Below, piece by piece: positions 27,274-36,469 of a DNA stretch of 37,261 nucleotides; the stretch's first letter is position 1, and every line of letters starts with the position of its first letter. Made by a program: the position numbers and the translations under genes. The stretch is taken from contig DAOUSS010000003.1 in NCBI GenBank assembly GCA_030627085.1, forward strand, positions 1 to 37,261. The letters run 5' to 3'. This DNA is from Candidatus Stahliibacteriota bacterium. Lineage in GTDB: Bacteria; Hydrothermota; UBA3073. The notes under the pieces are model-generated. The model searched no databases, had not been told where the DNA came from, and saw nothing but the letters and a program-made list of their open reading frames with translations.

Positions 27274-27372
27274 GTGGGGCAAACCTTCAGGTTTGCTTAC
27301 AAACGCAAGGCTAAAGCCTTGCCCTACACTTTCAAACAAACGCAAGGCTAAAGCCTTGCCCTACACTTTCAA
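27274..27372. repeat. REP cluster with exact 37-bp tandem duplication
   Basis: GTGGGGCAAACCTTCAGGTTTGC, then 2 x ACAAACGCAAGGCTAAAGCCTTGCCCTACACTTTCAA. Confidence 0.9.
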
Positions 27373-27381
27373 GAAGATAAA

Positions 27382-30300
27382 ATGAAAAATTTCCTGTTTA
27401 TTATTATACTTTTTGCCCTTCCCCTGCTTTCTCAGAATCAGGCGTGGTGGGAACCGGAGAATCCCTCTCCGGGAGATTCTGTAACAATATATTATAACAC
27501 AAGACTGGGAACACTGCCTGAGAATAGTGACTGGATAAAGCTCCACTGGGGCGTAAATGGATGGACACTTCCTTCAGAGAGTCTGTGGCCACCGAATACT
27601 ACCCCATGGGAAGATAGCTGTGCCGTTGAATCCCCTATGATACCGGAAGACGACACAATATGGACCATACCACTCACAACTAACGAGATCGTTGAAACAA
27701 TAGATTTTTGCTTTCATGGTAATACTGATTGGGATAACAACTCCGGAGCAGATTGGCATATATATTTAGGTGAACTCCCAGCGATAATCCCCGTAAGATT
27801 TATTCTGGATACCCGTAGCTGTAATTTTTCATATACAGGCTCATCTATAACCGGGGTAAACCTCGCAGGCTCATTCAACGGATGGTCCACTACCGCAATG
27901 CCTATGACACAGACGGAGAACCCATATATATGGGAGAGATGGGTTGATCTTTATGAAGGAACGTACGAATATAAATTTGTGATAAATGGCCATGTATGGG
28001 TCCCTGACCCCGACAATCCACGCTACACAGGTGAATTCCAGAATGCAGTTGTTATAGTGAAAAAGGATATATGCCCAAAGATAGATATTGAATCTCCACG
28101 ATGTGGGTCTGTATTTTATGATACCACATCTATAGATGTAATAGCAATTGTGAAAAAGGGAGATGATGGAATACCGATAGACGAATCATCTATTATAGTA
28201 ATAATCGACAACGATTCCCTATCTTACCTCTTTGACCCTGACAGTCTTATCATCACAGCAAATGCATCTGGACTCTCATACGGCCTTCATCTAATTTCTG
28301 TATCTTTATCGGATACGGCAGGCAATGCTACAGAGAAAACATCCTCCTTCGGAATATACCCATCAGGGAGCGGATATCATGCCATTGACGCATTCTATGA
28401 TGAAAACTACTTATACCCGGATTATGTTGCAGATGGCACATGCGATATAAAGGATCTTAACATAAAAAAGAATGCCGATTCACTTAAATTCACAGTTTTC
28501 ATCAGAAATCTTTCAGAGTATACGAAACTCGCTATGCAGATATCAACTATGGATGTAGCACCTATGGTTGAAACTTCACTCCCATTGGAAATAAAAACAA
28601 GGGAATGGAATGGCAGTGGTGTCTTCCTTACAGTTATAGATCCATCTTCACCATCTTTTAATCCTTCTTTTGATAACAGAATCTATATTCAAAGGTATCC
28701 ACCAGCGCTGGGTGACTCTATAGATGTAACTGTATCAGGTGATAGCCTTATCTTTAATATCTCTGTCTCACTCCTTGAGAGTATTCTCGGCAGTTACAAT
28801 GTTCCCTGGTATTTTTACCTATTCTCATTCATTCCTGATTTTGAGCCCGACTCATCTGTTGCTGGGAACGACCTTATTATAGACCCTGATATATACGATG
28901 CAGTCTTTTTTGAAACTAAAGACCTTGAAGATAAACTCCTTGCAAATTACATACCTGATGGGTCTTTGGGTGGTCCAAGAATGGCATCACTTGATGGCGT
29001 TGGAAGGGGTATTGGAAAGATAGAGGCATACGATATAGACAGCTCGCTCTTCAACCCAGGTCCTGTTGTAAGACTTCTGACCCGTAGCGGGGTTGTATAT
29101 GACTCTATATACCCAGTTGACGGAACAATAAGTGATGCTGATATAAATGAGGCAATTCTCACCATAAATGGGATAGACACAACAATATCCGTATCTTCAG
29201 GATTTTTCTCCGTCCCGATAAGGCTTGTAGAAGGTGATAATATAATATCATGCAGGGCAGAAAATAACGAAGGAGTTGGCTCTTCTCCGTCAATAAATCT
29301 TGAACTTTTTGTAGACCATACGCCAAAGGCAGTCATTGATACGGTGTATCTTGAGAGCAATAATATCTATGTCAATGGAAGTACAAGTTATGACCCTGAT
29401 GGCAATGAACTTACATATCTCTGGTTTCAAGATAGCCTTAATCCGCAGGAGATAATATTCAGCATCCCAAATTCTGCGATAACATCCTTTTCGGTACCAT
29501 CTGTGAATGGAGAATACTACTTTAATCTTATGGTGGAAGACCCTGACGGAAATCGGGATTTTGCCAGAAGTTTCATAACCGTGAGAGATGGGGATGTAAG
29601 CATCGCAGGAACAGATAGTATCGCAGATTGGATAAGAAATGCGATTGTCTATGAGATCTTTCTGCAGTCGTTCAGTGATAAAGGGAATTTTAGGGGGGTG
29701 AGTGAAAAAATCTCCCAAATTAAGGACCTCGGGGTAAACTGCATCTGGTTTATGCCGATAAATCCAAGCACATATACAAATGGCTACTCTGTCACAGACT
29801 ATTATGGCATAAGGACGGATTACGGCACAGAGGAAGATCTCAAGGAACTACTTACGCTTTGCACGGAAAATGGTATAAAAGTAATAATTGACCATGTCGT
29901 AAATCACTGCTCAAATCAACATCCCTGGATGGTAGATGCACAGTGTTTTGGAGAATATTCCCACTTCTATAATAATTTTATGTGGGATGCAGGCGGAAAT
30001 TACCATTACACGGCAGGTGCCGATTTGCCTGATTTGAACTATGGTAATGAACATCTAAAGGAATATCTTCTTGATATGGCAGAATACTGGCTCACCGAAT
30101 TTGACATATACGGGTTCAGGTGTGATATGGCGTGGGCAGTGGAGCAAAGAGACAATACATACTGGAGGCTATGGAGGAAGAGGCTTAAATCCAAAAAGCC
30201 CGAGGTGTTTTTGCTTGCAGAGGCGACTTCAACAGATTTTACATATTTTCAGTCAAGATTTGATGCAGCCTATGATTGGAACCTTCATCACGAGTCACCT

Positions 30301-31233
30301 GCCAGTTTTGCGAAAATATTTGACGGTGGTGTAACTGGTGAAGATATAAATACGCTTCATAACACCATAGTAAACTATGGATATTCATTCCCAAAGGATA
30401 GATTCCCTCTGAGATTTTTAGAAAATCATGATGAGACAAGATATATAGCGTATCATACACCCGAACAGACCAAACTTATGGCAGCCTTGCTTCTCACAAT
30501 TCCGGGTATTCCACTCATATATTCTGGACAGGAAGTTGGAGAGCTCACCCTTAGAGATAGAATTGACTGGAGTGACCCTAATAACCTGAGACCGTATTAT
30601 AAAAAACTCTGCTGGATAAGGAATAACTTCTCTTCTATAAGAGAACCGAATATTACACGCATCAATGCATCGTCGCAAACAGTGTACTCTTTTTATAGAA
30701 AAAACAGTGAGAATACAGTGATATGTGGTTTTAACTTTTCCCCTGGTGGAAACACAGGCCCATTATCCATACCTATTGATTCACTTGGAATAGAGCCTGA
30801 CTCGACATACTATATGAATGATGTATTGAGTAACAAGTATAAGCAAGTTTCGGGTTCCGAGCTTTCGAGTTTTGTTGTTAATTTCCCTGGATACGGGGCA
30901 AAGATATGGGTGCTCGCGGATTCAATAATAACAGGTGTTGAGAAATCCCCTGTCTATATAAATAAACTCTGTCAAAACTATCCAAATCCATTTAAGGGAA
31001 CTACAGATATTAGATTCCAGATTTCAGATTTTAGTAAAGTCTCGCTAAAGGTATATGATGTATCTGGAAGACTGGTAAGGACACTTATAGATGGAAAGCT
31101 TGAGGCAGGTTCTCACAGTGTAAGATGGAATGGAAGAGACGATAGAGGAAGAAAGGTGGGGAAAGGTATCTATTTCTGTAGACTTACTATCGGTGAGTTT
31201 AGAGACACACAGAAGATGGTGCTTTTGAGGTAG
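27382..31233 (+). CDS. Secreted multimodular GH13 alpha-amylase-family enzyme with starch-binding modules and T9SS-type CTD
   Basis: Signal peptide; LHWGVNGW...WDNNSGADW (CBM25/53-like); LAGSFNGW...YEYKFVING (CBM48-like); SYDPDG PKD-like segment; GH13 motifs DHVVNH, GFRCDMA, LLAE and FLENHD; QNYPNPF CTD. Confidence 0.88.
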   Translation: MKNFLFIIILFALPLLSQNQAWWEPENPSPGDSVTIYYNTRLGTLPENSDWIKLHWGVNGWTLPSESLWPPNTTPWEDSCAVESPMIPEDDTIWTIPLTTNEIVETIDFCFHGNTDWDNNSGADWHIYLGELPAIIPVRFILDTRSCNFSYTGSSITGVNLAGSFNGWSTTAMPMTQTENPYIWERWVDLYEGTYEYKFVINGHVWVPDPDNPRYTGEFQNAVVIVKKDICPKIDIESPRCGSVFYDTTSIDVIAIVKKGDDGIPIDESSIIVIIDNDSLSYLFDPDSLIITANASGLSYGLHLISVSLSDTAGNATEKTSSFGIYPSGSGYHAIDAFYDENYLYPDYVADGTCDIKDLNIKKNADSLKFTVFIRNLSEYTKLAMQISTMDVAPMVETSLPLEIKTREWNGSGVFLTVIDPSSPSFNPSFDNRIYIQRYPPALGDSIDVTVSGDSLIFNISVSLLESILGSYNVPWYFYLFSFIPDFEPDSSVAGNDLIIDPDIYDAVFFETKDLEDKLLANYIPDGSLGGPRMASLDGVGRGIGKIEAYDIDSSLFNPGPVVRLLTRSGVVYDSIYPVDGTISDADINEAILTINGIDTTISVSSGFFSVPIRLVEGDNIISCRAENNEGVGSSPSINLELFVDHTPKAVIDTVYLESNNIYVNGSTSYDPDGNELTYLWFQDSLNPQEIIFSIPNSAITSFSVPSVNGEYYFNLMVEDPDGNRDFARSFITVRDGDVSIAGTDSIADWIRNAIVYEIFLQSFSDKGNFRGVSEKISQIKDLGVNCIWFMPINPSTYTNGYSVTDYYGIRTDYGTEEDLKELLTLCTENGIKVIIDHVVNHCSNQHPWMVDAQCFGEYSHFYNNFMWDAGGNYHYTAGADLPDLNYGNEHLKEYLLDMAEYWLTEFDIYGFRCDMAWAVEQRDNTYWRLWRKRLKSKKPEVFLLAEATSTDFTYFQSRFDAAYDWNLHHESPASFAKIFDGGVTGEDINTLHNTIVNYGYSFPKDRFPLRFLENHDETRYIAYHTPEQTKLMAALLLTIPGIPLIYSGQEVGELTLRDRIDWSDPNNLRPYYKKLCWIRNNFSSIREPNITRINASSQTVYSFYRKNSENTVICGFNFSPGGNTGPLSIPIDSLGIEPDSTYYMNDVLSNKYKQVSGSELSSFVVNFPGYGAKIWVLADSIITGVEKSPVYINKLCQNYPNPFKGTTDIRFQISDFSKVSLKVYDVSGRLVRTLIDGKLEAGSHSVRWNGRDDRGRKVGKGIYFCRLTIGEFRDTQKMVLLR

Positions 31234-31239
31234 CTGATT

Positions 31240-31262
31240 GCACGATTTGAAATCGTGCCTAC
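31240..31262 (-). repeat. GTAG-type REP between convergent genes
   Basis: GCACGATTTGAAATCGTGCCTAC. Confidence 0.9.
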
Positions 31263-31267
31263 ATTAC

Positions 31268-32275
31268 CTATACTGCTACTGCTTTCTCGCTGTATCCGAG
31301 TGAGAATGCCATAATTATTGCATTACACTCACACTTCTTATAACAGAGCGCACACCCTATACACTTTGAAAGGTCAACCTTGTGTTGCTCTCCTTTTTCT
31401 CCTGTTATTGCATCAGTAGGACATACTGATTTACATTCCTCACATCCAGTACAGTTTGTCCCAATCATTGCCCTTGGTCTTGATGCTGCCTTATCTACTA
31501 TGCACTTTGTCGGACATTTTAAAATACATATTGTCGCATTTTCGCATACAGCAGGGTCTATCCTTGCTAAGTTGTTTTCTACCTTTATCGCACCATAAGG
31601 ACAGTTCTTCTCACAGAGTTTGCAAGCAATACACCCTGCACTACATACCTTCTTCACCAAAGGCGCTTTTAATCTTGAATTACAGGCAACATATACCTTT
31701 TGTGTTTTGGGAATAAGCTCAAGAACATCTCTGGGACACTCTTTAACGCATAATCCACATCCTGTGCACTTATCATCCGCTATGAGAGGTAGTCCATCGT
31801 CTCCCATTTTAATTGCATCAAACGGACATACCCTTTCACAGTTCCCATACCCAAGACAGCCATACTCACATCCCTTATTCCCTTTCTGTATCAGGTCTGC
31901 AGCAACGCAATCCATAAGACCGTCATAAATAAATCTCTCCTTTGCTTTGTTCTTATCTCCTCCACACCGTAACACTACAACCATTGGTTCAATCTCTGAT
32001 GGTGCAACACCGAGTATCTCGGAAATTTTTTTATCAATCTCTTCCCCGCCAACAGGACAGAATCCTGCACTCTTGCCAGATTTGGCGAGGGCAGCGGCAA
32101 ACGCCTCGCATCCAGGATACCCACAGCTACCACAGTTCGTACCTGGCAGTATCTGAATAAGGTTTCTTTCGATTTCTGAATGTGTTACTGCAAGTTTCGT
32201 ATAGGCAAATGTAAGACCCAGCCCTAATATAAGTCCAAGTCCTCCAAGCACCACAACCGCTGTCATTACTGTCAT
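31268..32275 (-). CDS. rnfB: Rnf electron transport complex subunit B (long polyferredoxin form)
   Basis: N-terminal TM helix; LPGTNCGSCGYPGC; CPVGG; GCLGYGNCERVCPFDAI; several CxxCxxCxxxC motifs. Start set at ATG 32275 after GGGGG. Confidence 0.9.
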   Translation of the reverse strand: MTVMTAVVVLGGLGLILGLGLTFAYTKLAVTHSEIERNLIQILPGTNCGSCGYPGCEAFAAALAKSGKSAGFCPVGGEEIDKKISEILGVAPSEIEPMVVVLRCGGDKNKAKERFIYDGLMDCVAADLIQKGNKGCEYGCLGYGNCERVCPFDAIKMGDDGLPLIADDKCTGCGLCVKECPRDVLELIPKTQKVYVACNSRLKAPLVKKVCSAGCIACKLCEKNCPYGAIKVENNLARIDPAVCENATICILKCPTKCIVDKAASRPRAMIGTNCTGCEECKSVCPTDAITGEKGEQHKVDLSKCIGCALCYKKCECNAIIMAFSLGYSEKAVAV

Positions 32276-32327
32276 AAAACCCCCTGCAATAGAGTTAGAT
32301 TTTGTAAAAACTGATACATCGAAGGTT

Positions 32328-32381
32328 GTAGGCACAAATTGAATTTGTGCTGTTATTTGCACGGTTTGAAACCGTGCCTAC
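32328..32381. repeat. Convergent REP doublet
   Basis: GTAGGCACAAATTGAATTTGTGC ... GCACGGTTTGAAACCGTGCCTAC. Confidence 0.9.
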
Positions 32382-32403
32382 AAGTTGTCCGTGAAGCAAG
32401 TTT

Positions 32404-32679
32404 CTAATCACAGATACAGGGTGTCTTACTACACTTCGGGCATCCATTCTCGTATTTTCTTATAGCGTCTTCCATACTCACATCCACTATATTCGCTATA
32501 GAGAAAAGCCAGGCAGTACAGTCAGCCAGTTCCTCCTCAAAATTCTGTTCATTTCTTATTGCCCTTGCGAGTTCACCTACTTCCTCAACAAACCAGGTAA
32601 ATGTTCCTTCAATCCCCCTGTCTGCATCTTTCCTTAAGTATATCTCTTTTATCTTCTTCTGAAATTCGTCTATGGTCAT
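32404..32679 (-). CDS. MazG-like nucleotide pyrophosphohydrolase
   Basis: WFVEEVGELARA, EEELAD; C-terminal CPKCSKTPCIC. Confidence 0.88.
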   Translation of the reverse strand: MTIDEFQKKIKEIYLRKDADRGIEGTFTWFVEEVGELARAIRNEQNFEEELADCTAWLFSIANIVDVSMEDAIRKYENGCPKCSKTPCICD

Positions 32680-32718
32680 CTTCTATCCTTTCGCAAGATA
32701 AAGTATTGTCAAAAATCT

Positions 32719-33016
32719 AACCACAGAGAGCACAGAGAATTACAGAGTAATAAAGAATCGCAGAAGATTTTCATCTCTCTCCTCTGTGACCTCTCTCTAA
32801 GACCAATTTCTTTGTCCCATTTTTTTAAACCACAAAGAACACAAAGTGTCTTTAACACGAAGTGTCTCTAACCCAGAAGTAGCAGAACCCATTGAGAAAG
32901 AATCTAAAATTTGAAAAATCTCCCTGTGTTCTCTTGGAATCTCTGTGAACTCTGTGGTTAAAAAGTAGGCACGATTTCAAATCGTGCAAATTGGCACAAA
33001 TTGAATTTGTGCCTAC
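32719..33016. repeat. 9-mer inverted arrays followed by a REP doublet
   Basis: accacagag agcacagag; accacaaag aacacaaag; ctctgtgaa ctctgtggtt; GTAGGCACGATTTCAAATCGTGC...GCACAAATTGAATTTGTGCCTAC. Confidence 0.8.
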
Positions 33017-33046
33017 AATTTTGGCTTAATGTTTGATGTGTAAAAA

Positions 33047-33856
33047 TCATGCTTTACCAATAAGTTCCATTATCATAGTTGCTGACTCTTCTATCGATTT
33101 CGATGTAACATCAATAACCATCCAGCCCATTCCGTTAAATATTTCATTACTGTATTTTATCTCTTCCTTTATTTTGTCTATATCTGTATATCTATCACCC
33201 AAGTCTATAATAAGACGACTTGCCCTTGCTGCCCTTATTGCCTGGAGTCTATCAGGTCTTATAGTCAATCCTATAACCTTTCTCCTATTAAGTTCATAAA
33301 TCTGGCGTGGGAGCTCAACTCTCATTATCACGGGCACATTCGCAATCTTATATCCTCTGTAGGATAGATAGATACTTATAGGTGTCTTTGAGGTTCTGGA
33401 AACCCCAACAAGTACAAGGTCAGCAAGGTGTAGATCCTCTGGCTTACATCCGTCGTCATGATTTACCGCGAAATCTATTGCCTCAATCCTTGCAAAATAA
33501 TCCTCATCAAGATGCCTAAAAAGACCAGGTAGTGCAAGAGGTGAAATCTCAAGAAGGTCGGTGAATCTTGAAAGAATAGGTCCCATAATATCAATTGTAG
33601 GGACAGCCCTCTTAATTCCCTCCCTATGCATCACCTTCCTGAACTCTGGAGAAACAAGTGTAAAGACTACAACTCCTTGAACCTTACTGGCTTCCTCAAC
33701 AACCTCTTTTACCTGCTTTATATCTCTCACATACTGAACTTTGTGAAGTATAGCCTTCGAGGTATCAAATTGAGTAAGAGCAGCCTTTACCACAAGCTCA
33801 CAGGTGTGTCCTGTAGCATCGGACACAATAAATATATGTCTCTGTCTTCCCGGCAT
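33047..33856 (-). CDS. ppsR: PEP synthetase / pyruvate phosphate dikinase regulatory kinase-pyrophosphorylase (DUF299)
   Basis: Motifs VSDATGHT, YFARIEAIDFAVNHDDG, LVGVSRTSKTP and IDVTSKSIEE. Confidence 0.92.
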   Translation of the reverse strand: MPGRQRHIFIVSDATGHTCELVVKAALTQFDTSKAILHKVQYVRDIKQVKEVVEEASKVQGVVVFTLVSPEFRKVMHREGIKRAVPTIDIMGPILSRFTDLLEISPLALPGLFRHLDEDYFARIEAIDFAVNHDDGCKPEDLHLADLVLVGVSRTSKTPISIYLSYRGYKIANVPVIMRVELPRQIYELNRRKVIGLTIRPDRLQAIRAARASRLIIDLGDRYTDIDKIKEEIKYSNEIFNGMGWMVIDVTSKSIEESATMIMELIGKA

Positions 33857-33864
33857 ATATAGCC

Positions 33865-35058
33865 TCAACTACTCCCTGCTTCCAATCTTTTTATCAATTC
33901 AGGTATCACTTCAAACAGATCTCCTACTATGCCAAGATCTGCAACCTTAAATATAGGGGCATCCGGATCCTTGTTTATGGCAATGATATAATCCGATGAA
34001 GACATTCCTGCAAGATGCTGTATGGAGCCAGATATTCCACAGGCTATATATACCTTTGGTCTCACTGTTTTACCTGTCTGCCCAACCTGGTGAGAATACG
34101 GAATCCATCCATCATCCACAGGCGGTCTTGATGAACCAAGCGCTGCTCCAAGCAGGTCTGCAAACTCCTGTAAGAGTGCGAAGTTTTTCGCATTCTGGAT
34201 ACCTCTTCCCCCGGATACAATTATATCAGCATCTTCAAGATTTATCTTCTGTGTCTCATCAAGCACATCTTTCAATAATTCTGTCCGAGATGCTTTGGGT
34301 ACAAATTCTTCAATTACAACCTCTCCGTTTCTCTTCTGTTCTATTGCCTCCTCCATAACCTTATATCTTACGGTTGCCATCTGGGGCCTTCTGTGTTCGC
34401 ATATAATTTTTGCCATTATATTTCCGCCGAACGCTGGTCTGGTCTGAACTAAAAGCCCGTCCTCGTTTATATCAAGCCCCGTGCAATCAGCCGTAAGTCC
34501 TGTTTTAAGCCGCGCAGCAACTCTCGGGAGAAGACTTCTGCCCTCTGATGTTGCCCCGGCCAAAACTATCTCGGGTTTATATTTCTCTATCAAATAAGCG
34601 AGGGCATCGGTATATGGCTCTATCAAAAATTCCTTGAATGTCTCATTCCTTACTATGTAAACTGTATCAGCACCCCTTGCTATTATCCCATCTATAATTT
34701 CATCCCTGGTAGGAAACTCTTTATCCACGACCAATACAACAGCCAGTTCTGTATTTAACCTATCCGCCAGCTCTCTACCCTTGGAAAGTAATTCGTATAC
34801 CACTCTATGAATCCCATTCCTCGTCCTCTCACCGTATACCAATACCTTGTGATAATCTGAAGGAGGATGCAAGTGACTGGTTTCCTTCTCTATTACTATT
34901 GCCTCAAAAGGACACTCTGGCACACAGGCACCACACAGATTACAATTGTCAAGGTCTATGCGAGCAATTCCATCTTGTATACTGATTGCCCCATATGGAC
35001 AGACAGGTACACATGCTTCACATCCATTGCAACTACCCTCAATTACCTTTATTGACAT
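33865..35058 (-). CDS. etfA: Electron transfer flavoprotein alpha subunit with N-terminal 2[4Fe-4S] ferredoxin
   Basis: CNGCEACVPVCP and CNLCGACVPECP; GLTADCT; RPAFGGN; QVGQTGK; GISGSIQH. Confidence 0.95.
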   Translation of the reverse strand: MSIKVIEGSCNGCEACVPVCPYGAISIQDGIARIDLDNCNLCGACVPECPFEAIVIEKETSHLHPPSDYHKVLVYGERTRNGIHRVVYELLSKGRELADRLNTELAVVLVVDKEFPTRDEIIDGIIARGADTVYIVRNETFKEFLIEPYTDALAYLIEKYKPEIVLAGATSEGRSLLPRVAARLKTGLTADCTGLDINEDGLLVQTRPAFGGNIMAKIICEHRRPQMATVRYKVMEEAIEQKRNGEVVIEEFVPKASRTELLKDVLDETQKINLEDADIIVSGGRGIQNAKNFALLQEFADLLGAALGSSRPPVDDGWIPYSHQVGQTGKTVRPKVYIACGISGSIQHLAGMSSSDYIIAINKDPDAPIFKVADLGIVGDLFEVIPELIKRLEAGSS

Positions 35059-35076
35059 ATTACCTCCGAATATCTG

Positions 35077-35859
35077 TCAGGATGAGATATCTTTTAAAAA
35101 TTCTATTACCTTATCTGCTGCTTCTTCTCTGGTTCCCACAAATTTCTTTCCCATCTTTTTACGTTCGGGTGTAAATATCTTTATAACCTTTGTGGGAGAA
35201 CCTAACAATCCAACTCTTTCTTGTTCTGTTTCAATATCATTTAACCCCCAGTGGGGAATTTCTGCACTTTTTGCCTTTATCTTTCCCCGTAAGGATGGCA
35301 ACCTCGGCACATTTATCTCCTTTACCACTGTAAAAACTGCAGGAAGAGGAGTTTCTATCACCTGATATCCCCACTCTGTCATCCTTTCAACGACCGCTCT
35401 CTTTTCATCTATTTCTTCTATCTTTCGCACATAGGTAACCTGCGGAATCCCGAGTAGTTCCGCAATTTCAGGTCCAACCTGTGCGGTGTCTCCATCTATT
35501 GCTTGTTTACCACATAGTATCAAATCATAATCTCCTATCTTTTCAATTGCCTTCTTTAGTGTATATGAGGTTGCAAGGGTATCTGCACCCTTGAATTTCA
35601 CATCGGTAAGGAGAACCGCATTATCCGCACCCATACCTATTGCCTCCCTTAAAACATCTTCTGCCTGAGGCGGTCCCATAGACAGTACAATTACCTCTCC
35701 CCCACCTTTCTCCTTTATCTTAATTGCCTCTTCAACAGCATATGCGTCAAGGGGATTCATTATAGACGGTACTCCTTCTCTTATCAGCGTATTTGTTTCA
35801 GGGTCTATCTTAATATCCTGTGTATCAGGAACCTGCTTTATACATACAATAATTCTCAT
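35077..35859 (-). CDS. etfB: Electron transfer flavoprotein beta subunit
   Basis: MRIIVCIKQVPD, SMGPPQA, GADTLATS, GKQAIDGDTAQVGP; RBS AAGGAAGG. Confidence 0.95.
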   Translation of the reverse strand: MRIIVCIKQVPDTQDIKIDPETNTLIREGVPSIMNPLDAYAVEEAIKIKEKGGGEVIVLSMGPPQAEDVLREAIGMGADNAVLLTDVKFKGADTLATSYTLKKAIEKIGDYDLILCGKQAIDGDTAQVGPEIAELLGIPQVTYVRKIEEIDEKRAVVERMTEWGYQVIETPLPAVFTVVKEINVPRLPSLRGKIKAKSAEIPHWGLNDIETEQERVGLLGSPTKVIKIFTPERKKMGKKFVGTREEAADKVIEFLKDISS

Positions 35860-35924
35860 ACACCGCCCTTCCTTTTGTAGATTAAAATTTAGACATAATC
35901 CCGAAATGCTGTAATAATATCGTT

Positions 35925-36004
35925 GTAGGGACAGACCTTCAGGCCTGCCCGACCTGTCCTGCACGATTTAAAATCCCCGCCTGTGACGGGGCAGGCGTGC
36001 CTAC
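35925..36004. repeat. REP doublet, second REP interrupted by a 21-nt palindromic insert
   Basis: GTAGGGACAGACCTTCAGGCCTGCCC; GCACGATTTAAAAT[CCCCGCCTGTGACGGGGCAGG]CGTGCCTAC. Confidence 0.8.
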
Positions 36005-36044
36005 AATCTCTCGGATAGATCTAAAAACAACAGGGTAGGTAATC

Positions 36045-36407
36045 TCACTTCGTAAAAACCATATGCAAGCCTATTAAAAGCAATGCCACACCAAAGACCT
36101 TTCGCAGGATTTCATTTGATAGCCCAGTCGCTATTCTTGCACCCAATAAACCACCAACAAAGAATCCCATACATACAAAAAGCGCTATAGTCAAATTCAC
36201 ATAACCCTGTCTATAATAAGTCCATGCAGCAAGTAAGCCAATTGGGGGCACTAACAATGCCAATGTTGTCCCCTGAGCCTGGTGCTGTGATAGACCAAAT
36301 AAATAAATCAATGCTGGCACGATAACCACACCACCCCCGATACCGATTAAACCGCTTATAACCCCGGCTGTCAAACCAAGCAACACATAAATAATAATAT
36401 TAATCAT
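36045..36407 (-). CDS. TauE/SafE (TSUP) family membrane protein, half-size
   Basis: GVISGLIGIGGGVVIVPAL, QHQAQGTTLA; 4 hydrophobic segments. Confidence 0.88.
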   Translation of the reverse strand: MINIIIYVLLGLTAGVISGLIGIGGGVVIVPALIYLFGLSQHQAQGTTLALLVPPIGLLAAWTYYRQGYVNLTIALFVCMGFFVGGLLGARIATGLSNEILRKVFGVALLLIGLHMVFTK

Positions 36408-36469
36408 CCTTAGTTATTTATTATTATATCTGTCTTCTACTGAAGGGCCTTTATGCAAATTCAAGTAGA

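Noticed and set aside
27299-27372. Possible CRISPR array (37-bp repeats)
   Set aside because: Only two adjacent copies with no spacer; this is a duplicated REP, and there are no cas genes.
5923-35964. Long N-terminal extensions in the ORF track (starts 5923, 7991, 10112, 19754, 32362, 33868, 35964)
   Set aside because: They translate promoter, repeat or upstream-gene DNA; downstream ATGs fit the RBS or family N-terminus better.
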